The position numbers and the translations under genes are program-made. 64,000 nt of DNA, taken from the NCBI RefSeq assembly GCF_035084215.1, contig NC_090325.1:102982001-103046000 (forward strand), given 5' to 3'. Below are positions 1-12,600 of this stretch, one piece after another. The DNA is from Heptranchias perlo. Taxonomy: Eukaryota. The notes below the pieces were generated by a model, which was given only the letters and a program-made list of their open reading frames with translations, ran no database searches and was not told the DNA's origin. How positions within the stretch are numbered: position 1 is the stretch's first letter; each line of letters opens with the position of its first letter.

Positions 1-239
1 CAGTGAATGTATTTTGAAGAACTGACACTGAGACACACTAATGGGCATGTATTGTAGACTGTATAACCTAGCTGAAATGCTGTTTCTAAATGAGCATGTT
101 AGTTTGCAGATCTCCTTACGCAAATTATTGGATGGGATTGTGACTCCACAAAGTTGAGTACAGCTGCAGTAAAAGCCTTGGTATAAAACACTGTCAGGTT
201 GAAAATAGTAGGAAAAGTGGATGCTGTGGTTGGACAATG

Positions 240-500
240 CAAAGTTTGGGTTTTAAAATCCTACAGGTTATAGGAGGAAGGGGAAATTGAGAAAGGGAGA
301 GTTCCACAGTTTTGAGGTCCTGAAAGAAAATGAGTAACATGTGATGCTTATGAGAATTAATTTCAACACAGAGAAGATGCAGGAAGCAGTGTTTTGGGTG
401 GCAAATTTGAATCTGAGCAAAGGTAAGAGGAAAGATCAGAGAAGCTGTAACCATTCACACTGGGTGTATTTACTGTATATTGCCGGAAAAAGCAATTTAC
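240..500. repeat. Old interspersed repeat, copy 1 (possibly an antisense L2-type remnant)
   Basis: Collinear with ~6390-6660: shared CCACAGTTTTGA, GATGCAGG, TCAGAGAAGC and ACTGGGTGTATTTACTGTAT blocks. Confidence 0.55.
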
Positions 501-544
501 TTTTTATAATTGTGATGCAAGGAGGTCGTTTGACCTATCGTGCC

Positions 545-1460
545 TGTGCAAGTGTTAGGCCGTCAGCTGCGTCTACACACCAACCCTATTCCTCTGCCCT
601 TTCTCTCTACTCTGCTGTTTTAATCTTCAAATACCTTAAATGATATAGCCTGCACCTCAATAGCCACTTGTGGTGAAACGTACTATATTGTAATAACGAT
701 TTGCGAAAAAAGTTCTTCTGACTTCCCTCTTCGTTCTTCTAGTGATGTTCCTGAGTTTGCCTCTTGTTACAGATTCGCCAATCAGTGGAAACAATCTTTC
801 ATTATTTACCCTCGCAGAATGTTTCATAATTTTGAGAACCCCTATTAGATCCCTCTTTAACTTTTGTTTCACTGGGAGGAAAAACCTGCTTTCTTCATAA
901 CTACATCCCACTCCTGATATTTTAGTTAATCTTCGACATATCCTTTCCATGATTCTAATATCCTTTCTATGATGGGGTGCCCAAAACTGCAGGCTGTACA
1001 GCTGTGGCCTAAACAATGTCTTGTACACATTCAACATCATTCCTTTGCTTTTTATATTGTGATTCCTTGTGTATAAAATCCAGAGTCCCATTTGTGTTTT
1101 TATGGTCTTTTCTACCTTCACTCCCACTTTTAAAGATCCAGGTATCTACATCCTTAGATCTTTCTGTTTCTGCATTTAATTAAGAATCTTGCATGTGGAG
1201 GGTATACTTCCTTTCATTGTTCTTTTCCCCCAAATGCTCAACATTACATTTCTCTGCATTAAACTGCATCTGCCATGTTTCTGTCCACTCTACTGACCTG
1301 TATGTCCTCCAGCAGTCTCTAACATTCTCCTTTACAATTTGCCATGCCCCCGAGTTTGGTTTCATCGCTTTTGTGCTTGTGTCCAAATCATTTATATAAA
1401 TGGAAAACAGGAACTAGTCCCACCACAGATCCCTGGGGCACACAACTACCCACACCACAC
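545..1460 (-). mobile_element. Decayed CR1 LINE, 3' part of ORF2
   Basis: Minus ORFs 657-1127 (YKTLFRPQL..QFWAPHHRKD, RDLIGVLKIMK) and 1180-1386 (WQMQFNAEKC) are CR1 reverse-transcriptase C-terminal motifs, frameshifted. Confidence 0.85.
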
Positions 1461-3832
1461 CAATCACAATGATAGTTAATCCCATATAAGTGCAGCTGGT
1501 GACAGACTTGTAACTGCTGTTATTTCATCTGGGGGTTGAAATTTCTTTGTGCACTATTTTTATTGCACTGCTAACATTCCTGTGTCAATATCCTGTTTGT
1601 GCTATTTTAATGTTTATCTTGCGGCTAATAACTCTTCAAATGGTGTCTGCAAGAATTTGATGTGCACATGTTAACTAATGCATTATAAATAACACAGAGG
1701 ATCCCAACCTGCTGGTGTTGGATAATTTAGTCTCTTAACATAAATCATATTTGGAAGGGCAGTCTATAGTTATACTGCTGGGTGGCTTTCACAATTCAAG
1801 AGAACGTAGTACAAAAATTTCACATGAACATCATTGTGCAGTATTCGTAGTGACTCTATAACAAAAAAAGTTATAGGATAGGTTGTGATGGAGAGAGCAG
1901 TTGGGGGCTAGAAGTGAGAGAAGCAGATTAGGTTTTCTGTATGCTGTCCAGATGTATGTGAAAGATCTTTACCATTTATGGGAGTTATATTTAGGTTTTG
2001 GATGGATTGGGCTTCATGGAGAGTTGTGCACTAGAAGTGTATGGTATAAAAGTGGACCAAGTTTCTTGGAGGCAGCTTTAGTAATTGAGGAGATGTGGGA
2101 ATTCCATTCACATCAGAGGAGATGGGTCAAGAATGTTTAACATTGCAAAAGAGTAGACATAACATATTCACTAATCTAATGCATTGTTATTTGTAAGTCA
2201 TTTATGGTTATGCTTCAAAAATTAAAATTGCTTAGGGGCAGGCAGGTTTCCAGTTCCTAACGGTTGAAGGATCTGGCTTCTTCCTTGGTACAAGATCTGG
2301 CTTTTTAATGGAAAAATACTTCACCGAACTGTTAATGGAAGTAATCTTGATTTTCAGTGGCATCAAGACTGATCCAGGAGGATGATGTTGCCACCAAGGA
2401 TGCTGAGTATGAATTAATGTTGGTAATGTTTTTACTGAACATTATTTGCTGTTGTAGATGTACAGTGGGAGATAAAGATTTTGGTTGGTATTTGAAAGGG
2501 GGCTATTTTGTTAGCACAATTGTCAGAGTCAATGGAAAGGGCAGTCTTGTCCAGGGTTATATTATTTCTCGGGATCTTTTAAATGGTCATGTGAATTTGC
2601 CCTCATGAATCCTTCGAGTTTGGTAGGGTGTTTACTAGCAACTCCTACGGCACAAATATAGCATGTTCAACTTGCAGTCCAAGTATTAGCTTATGGAGCA
2701 ACCATATCCAGAAGCAAGTTAAATTTAAAATCAGTCTTTTGATAGATGATCCTTCTCATCTGTAACCTTCAAGCTCGTGCTCCATTACAACCTTTCTTGT
2801 CTCTATTTTATTGCTGCTACTGTGGTCATTGCTTGTTTCTTTTCTTTCCTCCCAAACTTTTTTAAAAAAAAAGGCTCTGAAACCTCAGTGGACAAATTAG
2901 GTACGGTAGAGTAGAGGGGATACTAATGTAATTGCAAATTATTTGCAAAGTGTCAGTCTTCCTTTCTTGTGCTTCAAGAAAGGCTTCCTCACTTTTAATT
3001 TTTTTTTCTTATATTGAGAAACCTGGATGAAATACTCAGGCCCATTGTATGAGATACTGTCAAAGTTGAGTTTTAAAAGATTGCAGGAGGAATGGAAGAC
3101 ATAGAGGGAGCTATATTTCATGTCTGGGGAAGAAAATAAATTGGAACAGGCAGCAATTAAATGCCTCCATTTCATGAGAATGCATGAATTTTAGGGCATG
3201 CATTTGGAGTTAAGAAGGAATAAGAGAGAACTTGAGAAGCCATGACCATAATAGAAATGATAAAATAAAAACTACAAAGGTTGTGTTGAGGTAAGAGAAG
3301 CTGCAGCCTATTTGAGATGGATTGCCTATTAAAAGATAAGTTTCCCCTGTATCCTAATGAGGAATGGAAGAAAGGTACTAGAATGGCCTCTTTTGCTCCT
3401 TTCCCCTAGCTTAGATTAATTTCACCAGGAGGCTGATATTTCTCCCTTCTCAAATTGTACTCGTAGAAATGATTTATGCCAGCATTGTCATTAGAAATTC
3501 ATAAAAGGGGGATGGTGGTATGAGAAATTTTCATATCTGCCCTCTTTAGCTGAAAACATTTGGTAATTCTGTTTTTAAAAAAAAAGATTTTTTTTCCAAA
3601 ATGTAGAGAGCATTTTGAGCTGCATAGCTTTGGGGTTCAGTACTAGTGGTTATAGGTCCATCAAAGATCATACTAGTGTGATCAATTTTAGACGATGAAT
3701 TTAAGAGTATCACTCAAGGTGTCTGTTTGTACAACATTAACATTTTATTGACATGTGTGATTTTGATTTCCTTCCCCCCCCCCCCCCCCCCCCCCGGCAC
3801 ATTTGTCTGCAACCAGAAATGTCAGGTCTTGA

Positions 3833-4677
3833 AGAACATAAACGTAAGAACATAAGAAATAGGAGCAGGAGTAGGCCAATCGGCCCCTCGAGCCTGCTCT
3901 GCCATTCAATAAGATCATGGCTGATCTGATCCTAACCTCCAATCTAAATTCATGTCCAATTTCCTGCCTGCTCCCCGTAACCCCTAATTCCCTTTACTTC
4001 TAGGAAACTGTCGATTTCTGTTTTAAATTTATTTAATGATACAGCTTCCTGGGGCAGCAAATTCCACAGACCTACTACCCTCTGAGTGAAGAAGTTTCTC
4101 CTCATCTCAGTTTTGAAAGAGCAGCCCCTTATTCTAAGATTATGCCCCCTAATTCTAGTTTCACCCATCCTTGGGAACATCCTTACCGCATCCACCCGAT
4201 CATCCCCTTCACAATCTTATATGTTTCAATAAGATCGCCTCTCATTCTTCTGAACCCCAATGAGTGGAGTCCCAATCTACTCAACCTCTCCTCATATGTC
4301 CGCCCCCTCATCCCCGGGATTAACCGAGTGAACCTTCTTTGTACTGCCTCGAGAGCAAGTATGTCTTTTCTGAAGTATGGACACCATAACTGTATGCAGT
4401 ATTCCAGGTGCGGCCTCACCAATACCTTATATAACTGCAGCAATACCTCCCTGTTTTTATATTCTATCCCCCTAGCAATAAAAGCCAACATTCCGTTGGC
4501 CTTCTTGATCACCTGCTGCACCTGCAAACTAACTTTTTGATTTTCTTGCACTAGGACCCCCAGATCCCTTTGTACTGCAGTACTTTCCAGTTTCTCACCA
4601 TTAAGATAGTAACTTGCTCTCTGATTTTTCCTGCCAAAGTGCATAACCTCACATTTTCCAATATTGTATTGTATTGC
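3833..4677 (-). mobile_element. Young 5'-truncated CR1 LINE (subfamily with GTTCTTAT-type tail), copy 1
   Basis: ORFs 4183-4689 and 3950-4195 (LVRPHLEYC, RGDLIETYKI, RNFFTQRV). 3' UTR followed by an aacataagaa tail. Nearly identical to 16278-17013 and 38700-39097. Confidence 0.93.
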
Positions 4678-5532
4678 AAGAAGCTCCATATGTGAGAAAA
4701 AGTCTTCGTAATGTAGCCAAATGGCTCACCAGAGGCATCGTGCTTCAGCGGTTTGTTGCATTAGTGCTGGAAACGAAAGCTTTTTGTCTTCTGGTAGATG
4801 TCTAAAATGAGAATTTGTAGTTGAGGCTTAATTTCCTTTGTGATATTTCTGTTGTACAAATGGAGCAAGCTTGAGGGGCAAATGACCTATTGCTATTTCT
4901 ATGTTCCTCTTTTTGTTGTCACAAGGAAGTAACCCAGTGGCTGGTTTTGATGATCTAAGTTAATTTGAGTCTACTGGAATTTAGTTTCTGTTCTTCATAC
5001 TTGAAAACTCTTGATAAGCGCTGTATTGTCACTGTGAATGTAAACTTGAAAGAACACATCAATAGTGCTGGTATCAGTGAATATCTTAAATACATTGCAT
5101 TGAAAATGATTTAATCAATTTAGAGATCTTGTGAAGATTCATGGATTGATAAATTTACATTGGGTTAGACACAGACGGAATTGTTTGACCGTCATTACAT
5201 CTTTTCATTTGAAGCTGTGTTTCTGAGGAAATAATCAATGGAATATGGGAAGTTGTGCCAGAGCAATTTATAGCTCTTAGAATTGACAAAGATCCTTCGT
5301 ATGTTTGGATCCCTTTGCTTGGTTGAGTTTGTTCTGCCCAAAATTTTTTTTTGCTAGTGATTTATATAATTTTAAAGTTCTGTAGTTTAAACGAAAGTTG
5401 TCGGCAGGATCATTTATACGTTCAGGTCTTCTTGTTCTGTGTCATAGTTAATTTTCCACAATGTATTTGTGGTTTGAAGAAAAACCAGAACCAACTAATG
5501 GTTGTGCATTGTGGGCTATGTATAACATAGTG

Positions 5533-6228
5533 AATAGAATAGAATCATAGAAGTTACAACATGGAAACAGGCCCTTCGGCCCAACATGTCCATGTCGCCC
5601 AGTTTATACCACTAAGCTAGTCCCAATTGCCTGCACTTGGCCCATATCCCTCGATACCCATCTTACCCATGTAACTGTCCAAATGCTTTTTAAAAGACAA
5701 AATTGTACCCGCCTCTACTACTGCCTCTGGCAGCTCGTTCCAGACACTCACCACCCTTTGAGTGAAAAAATTGCCCCTCTGGACCCTTTTGTATCTCTCC
5801 CCTCTCACCTTAAATCTGTGCCCCCTCGTTATAGACTCCCCTACCTTTGGGAAAAGATTTTGACTATCGACCTTATCTATGCCCCTCATTATTTTATAGA
5901 CTTCTATAAGATCTCCCCTTAACCTCCTACTCTCCAGGGAAAAAAGTCCCAGTCTGTCTAACCTCTCCCTGTAAGTCAAACCATCAAGTCCCGGTAGCAT
6001 CCTCGTAAATCTTTTCTGCACTCTTTCTAGTTTAATAATATCCTTTCTATAATAGGGTGACCAGAACTGTACACAGTACTCCAAGTGTGGCCTCACCAAT
6101 GCCCTGTACAACTTCAACAAGACATCCCAACTCCTGCATTCAATGTTCTGACCAATGAAACCAAGCATGCTGAATGCCTTCTTCACCACCCTATCCACCT
6201 GTGACTCCACTTTCAAGGAGCTATGAAT
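5533..6228 (-). mobile_element. Young 5'-truncated CR1 LINE with ATTCT-type tail
   Basis: About 200 uninterrupted ORF2 codons (LVRPHLEYCVQFWSPYYRKD...GYGPSAGNWD*), a 3' UTR, and a gaatagaatagaatcatagaa tail on +. Confidence 0.93.
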
Positions 6229-6389
6229 CTGTGAAATAAGCATGTGGGCTTGAGAGTCCCCTTGAGCAAGTTGCTGCATGAGCTTATTTCTTCTGACAAA
6301 ATTGAGTAGAGCTGTTGTGGAAGCCCTAGTGCAAGACAGCACCAGGAGAGGACACAGGATAAATCAACGTAGAGATTGGATGGTACCAG

Positions 6390-6660
6390 ATTCGACTTAT
6401 AAAAGCCTATAGATAGTGGAAAAGGAAGACGGGGCAAGTGCCACAGTTTTGAAGTCTTGAAAAGAGTTAGGAGGATTACAGTGCCGTAAATCTTGATTTT
6501 TAACACAACGTGGATGCAGGGAGGAGTGCGTAGGGTGTCATATTTGGAGCCAAGCAGGAACAAAAGAAAAATTCAGAGAAGCAGTGTAGTGTCAAACTGG
6601 GTGTATTTACTGTATTGGTATCAATATGCTATAGGAAAATCACAATGCTTTAATGTTACG
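6390..6660. repeat. Old interspersed repeat, copy 2
   Basis: Collinear with 240-500 in the same orientation. Confidence 0.55.
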
Positions 6661-7069
6661 CGAATATTCTGCTTGGTCATCTTAAATTGTTCCCATCGCT
6701 ACTGACAATATTTCGCCTGGGGCATAAATTAAAAAATAAACCCAGATGTAGTGTGATTGAAGATCAAATCTACATTTATGCAGCGAAGTAGTTTTCACAG
6801 TTCAAATGGATGTAGTATGCAGATATTGTTTTGCCGTCATGCATTATTGAAGATCTAGTGACATGTAAATGGAAACAGGCATAGAACGTTGTGACTGAGA
6901 GTACAGTTGGGAGCTAAAGGTGTTCACAGAGATTACAATTTTCTTTACTATCATAAACTGTAGATGTGCAATAGCAGTATTTAGTACTCTTGTGAGTAAT
7001 CATTTGTAAATCATGTATGGTTAGCTTTGTAAGTTAAATGTTGAGGCAGGTATGTCTTTATCATTGGGG

Positions 7070-7545
7070 ATTTGGGCAAGGCTGGCATTTATTGCCCATT
7101 CCTAGTTGCCCTTGAGAAGGTGGTGGGCATTCTGGAACCTCTGCAGTCCATGTAGTGAAGGTGCTTCTGCAATGTTGTTGAGTAAGGAGTTCAGCATTTT
7201 AACCCAGTGACAATGAAGGAATGGTGATATATGTCCCCAGTCAGGATGGTGTGTGATTTGGAGGTGATGGTGTTCCCATGCACCTGGTGCCATTGTCCTA
7301 GGTGGTGGACATTATGGGCTTGGGAGGTGCTGCCACAGAAGCTGTGGCGATTTGCCGCAGTGCATCCTGTAGATAGTACATGCTGCAACCGCTTTCCGCT
7401 GGTGGTGGAGGGAGTGGATATTTAAGCTTGTGGACGGGGTGCGAATCAAGCAGACTGTTTTGTCCTGGATGGTGTTGCGCTTGAGTGTTGCAGCTGCACC
7501 CAAGCAGGCAAGTGGAGAGTATTCCATCACTGACAACTCTGCTCT
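7070..7545 (-). mobile_element. 3' fragment of a second CR1-group LINE family (here called family D)
   Basis: SVMEYSPLACLGAAATL..NTIQDK motif, and the same 3' end (gggcaataaatgc) as 33358-35857. Confidence 0.85.
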
Positions 7546-8269
7546 CCACAGCTGCAAGATCAAACCTTTTTCTTCTCCTCTTCCCTGCACCACACAGGTT
7601 TAAGATCTGGCTTTTCAAAATGTTCACCTGACCACCATATCTGAGGGCAAATCAGGTAGTGTTTCAGTAGGTTTACTTCAAGCAAGAAAAATTTATCTTG
7701 AAGATAACTGAAGTAGACTGACTGTGGCCCCCCCCCCCGACACGGTATGGCTATTAACGTTTTCCCAGAAAAAGAAAGATTTGGGTATATTTACTTTTCT
7801 TTATATGCCTTGTCAGACACATTTGCAGCAGAGAGGGCATGTGTATGGCAGGCTGTCATAGATGCCCAGTGATGATTGTCCCCGTCCCTGGGAGACAAAG
7901 CAGCCTTCAGAACAGGGGCAAATACTGTTAATGGAGGTACTTATATAACCCGTTGGGCTGACTCGAGCTTTGACGCCCTAAGTGACCCAAGTGGCCATTC
8001 TTCAAGTATGGGAGTAGATAACAGAATAGTCGAGGACGATAAAAGGCCATTTTGTCCATCAAAGCTTGCCCTTCTAGTATGCTAATTTCTCCCAGCCTAT
8101 CCTCCAACTGCATTTTAATCCCCACTGTTTTTGTTTGGCAGATTATTCTAAACATTTGTCACCCTTTTGAGTAAATAAGTTCTTAATATTTGTTTTAAAT
8201 TTGCTGTTCATTGAATTTAAAGTTGTTCTCTGTTCCTGCTATCTTAGTTTATTTGACTTCACTATTTAC

Positions 8270-8675
8270 CGGTAGTTCAGAGGCCTGGACCAATAATCCA
8301 GAGAACATGAGTTTAAATCCCACCCTTGACTATTTGAATTCAGTTGGAAAAAAAAAATCTGGAAATATTAAACTGACCATGAAGCTCAGATTGTCGTAAA
8401 AAGCCAACTGGTTCACATGTCCTTTTAGGGAAAGAAACCTGCTGGTCTGGCTTATATGTGATACCAACTAGGTTGACTCCTAACTCCCCTCTGAAGTGGC
8501 CAAGCAAGCCATTCAGTTGTATCAAACTGCTATTCCCTACCTAAAGTATTGTGGGTGCATCTTTAACTACACTCTTTGCAGCGGTTCAGTAAAGCCCACC
8601 ACCACCACCTCATGGCAACTAGGGATGGGCAATAAATGCTGGCCTTGCCATTGACACCCTTAGCCTGGGAATGAA
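8270..8675 (+). mobile_element. tRNA-derived SINE with family-D LINE tail (copy 1, head degraded)
   Basis: Collinear with 8684-9090 (ctggttcac..gtcc..tagggaa, ctggtctggc..tatatgtga). Ends in ggcaactagggatgggcaataaatgctggccttgcc. Confidence 0.8.
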
Positions 8676-8683
8676 TAGTAATA

Positions 8684-9090
8684 GGGTACGGTAGCATAGT
8701 GGTTATGATACTGGACTAATAATCTGGAGTCATGAGTTCAAATCCCATCATGACAGTAAGGGAATTTAAATTCAATTAATTAAATAAAATCTGGAATAAA
8801 AAAAACTAGCAATGAAACTACCGGATTGTTGTAAAAACCCATCTGGTTCACTAATGTCCTTTAGGGAAGGAAACCTACCATCCTTACCCGGTCTGGCCTA
8901 TATGTGACTCCAGACCCATAGCAATGTGGTTGATTCTTAATCGCCCTCTGAAATGGCCTAGCAAACCACTCACTTGTCAGCGGTTCAAGAAGGCGGCTCA
9001 CCACGACCTTCTCAAGGGCAATTAGGGATGGGCAGTAAATGCTGGCCTTGCCAGTGATGCGCTCATCCCATGAACGAATTTAAAAAAAAG
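8684..9090 (+). mobile_element. tRNA-derived SINE with family-D LINE tail (near full length)
   Basis: Pol III A-box TAGCATAGTGG (8692-8702) and B-box GTTCAAATCC (8736-8745). The 3' ~100 nt match the 3' end of LINE 33358-35857. A-rich end. Confidence 0.88.
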
Positions 9091-9446
9091 AAAAATATTT
9101 ATTAACACTGTTGAACTTAAACTTCTCTCATCTTTGCTCATGGCTTCATCCTTGGATCATCCTTTTTGCATTATGCATACTTGTCAGTGCATATACATCC
9201 GTTTCATGGCATGATGACTTGAAGTGAACACGGTATGGCGAGTGTAGCCAAACCAATATGTGGTAACCTTGTTGACTTTATTGATCTGGCTATATTTCCT
9301 AATATTCTATTAGCTTTTTACTTCCTTTACCATGTTCTCTGGACATTGAAATTGATGAATTTATAACTCCCAGATCCTTTTGAGACTTGCTGTGCTAATT
9401 GAATTCTATTCATTATGTACTTTTGCTGCACATTTTTTACCCACTA

Positions 9447-9600
9447 CAGTCTACTGATAATTCGAAGTAGTTTTTGAACTCAAATTTTTTAAATGTCCAA
9501 TAATTCAAATTAAGGAACTTAAATAACACAGCAAAGTGGGAATTTAGTGCTTAAAAAAAGTACAATTCAAATTAAGCAACATTGAATGAAAAGTAGACTG
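9447..9600. mobile_element. Tc1/mariner (Tigger/pogo-like) MITE
   Basis: TA|CAGTCTACT (9447-9455) ... AGTAGACTG|TA (9592-9600): a perfect 9-bp TIR flanked by TA. Subterminal TAATTCGAA / TTCAAATTA motifs. Confidence 0.7.
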
Positions 9601-9669
9601 TATCTAATACATTGCTATTTATTTGTCCACTTGCATAACTAATGCAAATGCTACTTTTGCACATTTGAA

Positions 9670-12600
9670 AGGACTCTGCAGTCCATACAGCCAGTTTTGA
9701 AAACTAATACCAGTCCGTTCCCTTCCCATCAAATATCTATCCAATTCTCCCTTAAATATCTGCCTTCCTGGAAGCCCAATCCACATGTGTAAAGTAGATA
9801 AATCTAAACTGTCTGCACATTCTCTCTTCTAAGCTTGTGCCCATGGCTCTAGAGTTTGTGGCAATCTCAAAACACATTGGGGTTCAATTTGTCTATTCCC
9901 TCAAGAGGCTTGAATAGTATCTCCACTCAACCTTCTCTGAGTAAAGAATCTTCAACCTCTCCTCACAGTTCAGGTTTTAAGCTGAGTATTAGTTTGGTTC
10001 CCTTTTTCTGCACAACGTATAATGCCCGGATATCCTTGCTGTAGTGTGGACATCAGGACTGCACACTGTTCTCTCAAGTGTGGCCATACCAGTGTCATGT
10101 ACAGATTCATTATCATCTACTGGGATATATGCTTTACCCTTCTAGCTACACATCCGAATATCTAGTCAGCTTTCCTTACCACTGTCCCACACTGCGCTGT
10201 TGGTTTCAGTGGGCTATGCCTCAATATCCCCTGGACCCTCTCCTGTATATCCTATAGTCTGGAGCTGTTTAATTTGTATTCCTACTATTTCCCTTCCCAG
10301 TTTAATTTACCCTGCATATTTCCACATTTAAATGCCATTTTTGATTTGATTTTTTCCCTACTGTTTTGAACCCCCACCAAAAAAAAGGTGTTGCCTCCTG
10401 ACATAGGTTTGTTTCTATTCTCAGCTCCAAATCATTTATATAGACTATAAACAGCACCGGCTTCTGCACTGATCCTTGTGGCATGTGGCCATGTTGACGC
10501 AGTTCCACTTTCTTCCTCTCCTTTAACCAATTTTTAATCCATGCCTCCAATTCCATGCCATCCTGCCTTGTAGACTAATCACTTCTATGGCACAATATCA
10601 AAAGCCTTGCTGAAGTCTCTAACATACAATATATACAGGCATTCCATTGTCAGCAAGATCCATCGTTTCCTTAAAGAACTCCAGTACATTTGTGAGGCAA
10701 GACCTGCTTCCCAAAAATCCATGCTGATTCCCTGTTACCTTTCCAAGTGCTTCATTATCCCTTCTTTCAGTGTGCATTCTTATGCATTACTTACCACAGA
10801 TATTAAGCTCACTTCTATGTAGTTTTCTGGATTATCCCTGTGCTGCTTTTTTAAAGCTTGATGTCTTGTTATCTACTTTCCAATTCTTGGGCACTGCTTC
10901 CATTTCTAATATTCCCTAAAAATAGTGGCAAGGACTTGAATATTTAGGCCTTTTTTTGGAGTCCATCTGGGCTTGGTGCCTTGTTTTCTTTTCACTTCTC
11001 AACCTATATGTGGCTGATCAGTATCTGGAACTTCTTTTCATTTAGTACTTCCTCTGCCTCCTTTCCCGCACCGCCCCCCGCTTCTAGAAATCCAATTTCT
11101 ATGCTGGGGAGGCTGCCCTTTGTCTCCTCCTTTAATGCAGAAGAAATTGTTCAGTATATTTGCTATCCCTTGCCAATTGATATCTTGCCACCTTTAAGAT
11201 CTTTCAATGGCTCTACTACTTACTTTTTCATCGGTGTGCTGCAAATATATTTTTGGAAATACTTAACATTACCTTTAATGACCTCACTTTCTATTTTTGC
11301 TCTCCTGACCAATTTCTTAGAGATGAATGTAAAATTAAAATTTGTCATAGAATTATAGGCTACAGCACGGAAGGAGGCTGTTCGGCCCATCGAGTCCGTG
11401 CCGGCTCTATGCACAAGCAATCCAGCTAGTCCCACTCCCCTGCCCTATCCCCGTAGCTCTGCAGATTTTTTCCTTTCAAGTCCTTATCCAGTTCCCTTTT
11501 GAAAGCCATCATTGAATCTGCCTCCACCACCCACCTCGGGCAATACATTCTAGATCATAACCACTCGCTGTGTGAAAAAGTTTTTCCTCATGTCATCTTT
11601 GGTTCTTTCGCCAATCAGCTTAAATCTATGCCCTCTGGTTCTTGACCCTTCTGCCAATGGGAACAGTTTCTCTCTATCTACTCTGTCTCGACCCTTCATG
11701 ATTTTGAATACCTCTAGCAAATCTCTCAACTTTCTCTGTTCCAAGGAGAACAACCACAGCTTCTCCATTCTATCTGTGCAACTGAAGTCCCTCATACTTG
11801 GAATCATTGTAGTAAATCTCTTCTGCACCCTCTTTAAGGCCATCACAACTTTCCTGAAGTGCGGTGCCCAGAACTGGACACAATACTCCAGTTGTGGCCG
11901 AACCAGTGTTTTATAAAGGTTCATCATGACTTCCTTGCCTTTGTACTCTGCCTCTATTTATAAAGCCCAAGATCCCGTATGCTTTTTTTAACCGCTTTCT
12001 CAACCTGCCTTAACCATCATCAACGATTTGTCTACTTATACTCCCAGATCTCTCTGTTCCTGTACCCCTTTTAGAATTGTGCCCTTTAGTTTATATTGCC
12101 TCTCTTCATTCTCCTTATCGAAATGTATCACTTTGCATTTTTCTCTGTTAAAATTTCCATCTGCCACGTGTCCGCCCATGTCACCAGCCTGTCTAGATCC
12201 TCTTGAAGTCTATCACTATCCTCCTCACTGTTCACTACGCTTCCAAGTTTTGTCATCTGCAAATTTTGAAATTGTGCCCTGCACACCCAAGTCCAAGTCA
12301 TTAATATATATCAAAAAAAGCAATGGTCCTAGTACCGACCCCTGAGGAACACCACTGTACATCTCCCTCCAGTCTGAAAAACAACTGCTCACCACTACTT
12401 TCTGTTTCCCATTACTTAGCCAATTCTGTATCCATGCTGCTACTTCCCCTTTTATTCCATGGGCTTCAATCTTGATGACAAGCCTACCATGTGGCACTTT
12501 ATCAGACGCCTTTTGAAAGTTCATATATACCACATCAACTGAATTGCCTCATCTACCCTCTCTGTTACCTCATCAAAAAACTCTATCAAGTTAGTTAAAC

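Noticed and set aside
3774-3795. C22 run and other G/C tracts (37588-37617, 45216-45232, ~61170-61201, ~63822-63839) as functional G-quadruplexes
   Set aside because: Simple homopolymer or low-complexity tracts, mostly in or beside repeats. Their length is error-prone and nothing indicates function.
5617-6342. 241-aa ORF as a host gene or domesticated fusion
   Set aside because: CR1 homology stops at ~6228; the first ~35 residues are chance read-through into flanking DNA from a non-ATG start.
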